From Candidatus Eiseniibacteriota bacterium (lineage in GTDB: Bacteria; Eisenbacteria; RBG-16-71-46), in contig JBGPFC010000003.1 in NCBI GenBank assembly GCA_041483195.1, positions 128,001 through 192,000 of the forward strand: a stretch of 64,000 nt of DNA. Reading direction: 5' to 3'. The position numbers and the translations under genes were made by a program. This document shows, one piece after another, positions 62,272 through 64,000 of the stretch. Each line of letters starts with the position of its first letter. The first letter of the stretch is position 1. The notes below the pieces were generated by a model, which had not been told where the DNA came from, ran no database searches, and saw only the letters and a program-made list of their open reading frames with translations.

Positions 62272-63999
62272 CTATCGGATGATGGCAACCTTGCTGAATG
62301 CTCGGTGACTCCCCTGCGTGAGGCTCACGCAGTAGATCCCCGGAGGCAGAGCGGACACCCGCGTCCCCAGCGACGCGACGTGCGCTCCGGGGCCGAGGCT
62401 GCCGACCGAGAGTGACTCGATACGACGTCCGGTGAGGTCGTAGAGAACCAGCGTCGCCGGTGTGGCGTCCAACAATGAGAAGGACACACGCGGATTGCCG
62501 AAGCTGGGATTGGGCTGAATGCTTCGCAGGCAGAAGCTCGCCGCGACGGAGACAGGTGGGGCCGACAGGATGACTCCACCGAGCGTTCCGTCGGCATTGA
62601 TGTTCTGGGCGTAAATGTCGTAGCTGGTGCCGCTGCGGTGGTCTTGCCAAGCGACGATCGCACCGCCCGCGCCGTCCGATGCGATCGTGGGGACGAACCG
62701 GTAGTCGACCGCAGTGCATAGCGCCACGCCGTCAGCGGCCCACTGGGGCAGACCCGCTGCGTTCATCCGCTGGGCGTAGATTTCGACATTGCTGCCGGAG
62801 GCGTGGTGAAACCACGCGACGATCGCACCGCCTGCACCGTCCGACACGATCATGGGGTTCTGCGATATCAAGATTAGCTGGTTGCCGGCGGTGCTGCAGA
62901 GCGCGCCATTGGAGGTCCACTGCGCCACGCCCGTCGCGTTCATCCGCTGGGCGTAGATATCGTAGTGAATACCGTCGCGTCGGTCCTGCCAAGTGACGAT
63001 TGCCCCGCCCAAGCCGTCAGGTGTGATCGCAGGGGTAATTTGGAAATTCGCAGCGATGCAGAGCACCGCGCAGTCGGCGGTCCACTGCGGCACGCCGGCC
63101 GCGTTCACCCGCTGGGTATAGATGTCGATTTTCGTGACACTGTCGCGGTAGTCCTCCCAGGTGACGATCGCCCCGCTCGCACCGTCCGATGCGATCGCGG
63201 CGTTCTGCTGGTCGCCCTCGGCGGTGCAGAGCGGCACTCCGTCTTCGATCCACTGCGGCGCACCCGCCGCGTTCACGCGCTGGGCGTAGATATCGTTGCT
63301 CGTGCCGCTGCGATAGTCGTACCAGGCGACAATTGCCCCGCCCGCGCCGTCCGACGCGATCGTGGGGGTGAACTGGTTGTTCGGCGAAGTGCAGAGCGCC
63401 ACGCCGTCGGCGGTCCACTGCGGCACCCCCGCCGCATTCACCCGCTGGGCATAGATCTCGTAGTCGGTGCCGCTGCGAAGGTCATCCCAGGTGACAATCG
63501 CGCCCCCCGCGCCGTCCGATACGATGGTGGGGTACAGTTGGTCATCCGCGGCGGCGCAAAGCGCCACACCGTCGGCGGTCCACTGCGGCACTCCGGCCGC
63601 GTTCACCCACTGAACGTAGATGTCGCTGTTCGTGCCGCTACGCAAGTCCTCCCAGGTGACGAGGGCCCCGCCCGCGCCATCCGATGCGATCGTGGGCCGA
63701 TACTGTGTGCCGGGGGCTGCGCAGAGCGCCACGCCGTCGACAGCCCACTGCGGCACCCCCGCCGCGTTCACCCGCTGGGCGTAGATGTCGAAGCTGGCGC
63801 CGCGGCCATCGTGCCAGGTGATGATCGCTCCGCCCGCCCCGTCCGATATGATCTTGGGGACTTGCTGGTCGCTCGCGGCAGTGCAGAGTGGCACGTTGAC
63901 CATGGGATCGCCCGGCCACGCCGCCCATGCCGCTTGAGCTACAGAGCCGAGAGTTGCGAGGGCAACGACAATCAGCGCCAACCATCTCGCGCCTGACAT
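62272..63999 (-). CDS. Secreted 8x 'SDGAGGAIVxW..DIYAQR' repeat beta-propeller protein with T9SS-CTD-like tail
   Basis: Signal peptide, 8 repeats, tail QPNP...LYDLTGR...PPGIY...KVAIIR. Start lies at the window edge. Confidence 0.85.
   Translation of the reverse strand: MSGARWLALIVVALATLGSVAQAAWAAWPGDPMVNVPLCTAASDQQVPKIISDGAGGAIITWHDGRGASFDIYAQRVNAAGVPQWAVDGVALCAAPGTQYRPTIASDGAGGALVTWEDLRSGTNSDIYVQWVNAAGVPQWTADGVALCAAADDQLYPTIVSDGAGGAIVTWDDLRSGTDYEIYAQRVNAAGVPQWTADGVALCTSPNNQFTPTIASDGAGGAIVAWYDYRSGTSNDIYAQRVNAAGAPQWIEDGVPLCTAEGDQQNAAIASDGASGAIVTWEDYRDSVTKIDIYTQRVNAAGVPQWTADCAVLCIAANFQITPAITPDGLGGAIVTWQDRRDGIHYDIYAQRMNATGVAQWTSNGALCSTAGNQLILISQNPMIVSDGAGGAIVAWFHHASGSNVEIYAQRMNAAGLPQWAADGVALCTAVDYRFVPTIASDGAGGAIVAWQDHRSGTSYDIYAQNINADGTLGGVILSAPPVSVAASFCLRSIQPNPSFGNPRVSFSLLDATPATLVLYDLTGRRIESLSVGSLGPGAHVASLGTRVSALPPGIYCVSLTQGSHRAFSKVAIIR
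62590..63900 (-). repeat. Intragenic tandem repeat, about 165-bp (55-aa) period
   Basis: CACTGCGG recurs at 63251, 63416, 63581 and 63746. Confidence 0.85.
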
Positions 64000-64000
64000 C

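Noticed and set aside
60301..63900. Regular DNA repeats as a CRISPR array
   Set aside because: Periods of 141 and 165 bp are in-frame protein repeats; there is no repeat-spacer structure and no cas gene.

Overview
Very GC-rich bacterial DNA. The many secreted proteins with FlgD-Ig/T9SS-CTD-like tails suggest a Candidatus Eisenbacteria-like (FCB-related) organism; this is inference only. The backbone is a loose nucleobase-catabolism region. Reductive pyrimidine degradation genes (preT-like running off the left edge, hydA, nitrilase-type beta-ureidopropionase, mmsA) lie at 1-10.6 kb. A purine/ureide operon (allB, allC-like, uraD, uraH, allE, three xanthine-dehydrogenase-family subunits) lies at 31-45.7 kb. 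Interspersed are a TolC/MFP/RND + two-component + GT-C + PIG-L cluster, an M50-CBS protease, an acetate-CoA ligase, a GT4, a patatin and oppABC. Several lower-GC inserts carry six genes for CTD-tailed secreted proteins. Highlights: (1) a 3.6-kb integrase-free cassette (beta-propeller + CTD-tailed peptidoglycan amidase) bounded by 303-bp direct repeats of the uraH 3' part that differ almost only at synonymous sites; (2) a GIY-YIG-like gene translationally coupled inside the XDH operon; (3) an aldolase/citrate-lyase-fold gene that may fill a missing ureide step; (4) a 12x NHL-repeat gene whose variable codons keep a fixed third base; (5) a C6-tract frameshift and a probable ATA start. No rRNA, tRNA, CRISPR array, integrase or reverse transcriptase was seen.
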